Below, one piece after another: positions 63,229 to 64,000 of a stretch of 64,000 bases of DNA. The notes under the pieces were generated by a model. It saw only the letters and a list, made by a program, of their open reading frames with translations, was not told the origin of the DNA and did no database searches. A program made the translations under genes and the position numbers. The DNA is from Hemiscyllium ocellatum. Taxonomy: Eukaryota. Where the stretch lies: positions 38,120,964-38,184,963 of the forward strand of contig NC_083415.1 in NCBI RefSeq assembly GCF_020745735.1, in the 5' to 3' direction. Positions within the stretch are counted from its first letter, which is position 1, and every line of letters begins with the position of its first letter.

Positions 63229-63599
63229 CTTTTAAATGCAATGCCAAATATAATATAATCTGTTCCCTGGCTGGTTCCAAAATGTACTGCTCTAAGAAAC
63301 TATCTTGAAAATATTCTTCATCAAGACTATTACTGCTATTCTTTCCATTCACAAAGTCATCCATGATTATTGCAGTCCCTTAATCAAAAGCACACAATCA
63401 TCTCTTTATGCTGCTAATTTTGATGTAGTTCAGGTAATAATGCAGAAATTAAAATGTTCTGAAGTTTTGCTTTTTAGTTGAGTGCCTACCTTCTCATACT
63501 CACTACGAGGAGCCTCTTAGTTCTGTCAATGTTAATAGTACCTACACGGACTATGGTCACTGGGTTCTCCCCTTCCACTGCATGTTTCTTTCTGGCCCT

Positions 63600-64000
63600 G
63601 AGCAGATTGAATTTAGTGTCCCGTGTACTGAGACCCCGTGAAAAGCTTTGTCTTGTGAGCAATGCAGGCAGATCACAGAGTTAAATAACATAGATAATTA
63701 AATAATAGGTAAACTAGTGGCAAAACAAAAACACAGGTACTTGTGAATATTAAGAGTTGTGAGTCCATTCAGTATTCAGTCAGGTAGAAACTGTTTCAAA
63801 ACCAGCTGGTGCGTGTGTTCAGGCTTCTATACCTTCTTCCCAATGGTAAAGGTTGTAGAAAAGCATTGCGAGGATGGGATGGATCTTTGAGAATGCTGGT
63901 GGCCTTTCCTTCACAGCGGGCCTGGTAGATGGATTCTATAAATGGGTGGGTTAGCTTTTGTGATTGTCCGGGCTGAGTTCACCACTCTCTGTAACTGTCT
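63600..64000 (-). mobile_element. Rex1/Babar LINE 3' fragment (runs off window)
   Basis: Minus strand QRVVNSARTITKAN..; same C-terminal region as 52520-52835. Confidence 0.7.

Noticed and set aside
1-64000. CRISPR arrays, rRNA or bona fide tRNA genes
   Set aside because: None seen; tRNA-like boxes belong to SINE heads.

Overview
Vertebrate genomic DNA, almost certainly from a shark (HE1/V-SINEs, shark-type CR1, Penelope-like, Tx1, Rex1/Babar and Harbinger repeats). One host gene is visible: a CpG-rich promoter (~16.8-17.8 kb) and two coding exons (17869-18108, 18664-18905) of a ZNF704-like (ZNF395/ZNF704/SLC2A4RG family) gene on +. I could not find the next exon, so the rest of the window reads as one long intron. 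The most striking non-genic signal is about a dozen Penelope-like (PLE) terminal-repeat insertions from at least four families. They carry minimal hammerhead-ribozyme (HHR) cores (CTGANGA-stem II-GAAA-palindromic helix III-UH), intact or decayed. Several are near-perfect fold-back palindromes with a 36-38 nt unpaired tail and 12-15 bp target-site duplications (TSDs), and one has a covariant U3-A8 core. Also notable: a near-intact full-length CR1 whose ORF1/ORF2 junction is a tandem -1 frameshift heptamer (G GGT TTA AAC); two template-switch inverted duplications (a 261-bp perfect IR and a 37-bp perfect hairpin); and two Tx1 insertions about 30 bp apart. Boundaries of old repeats are approximate, and family assignments rest on recalled motifs, not database searches.
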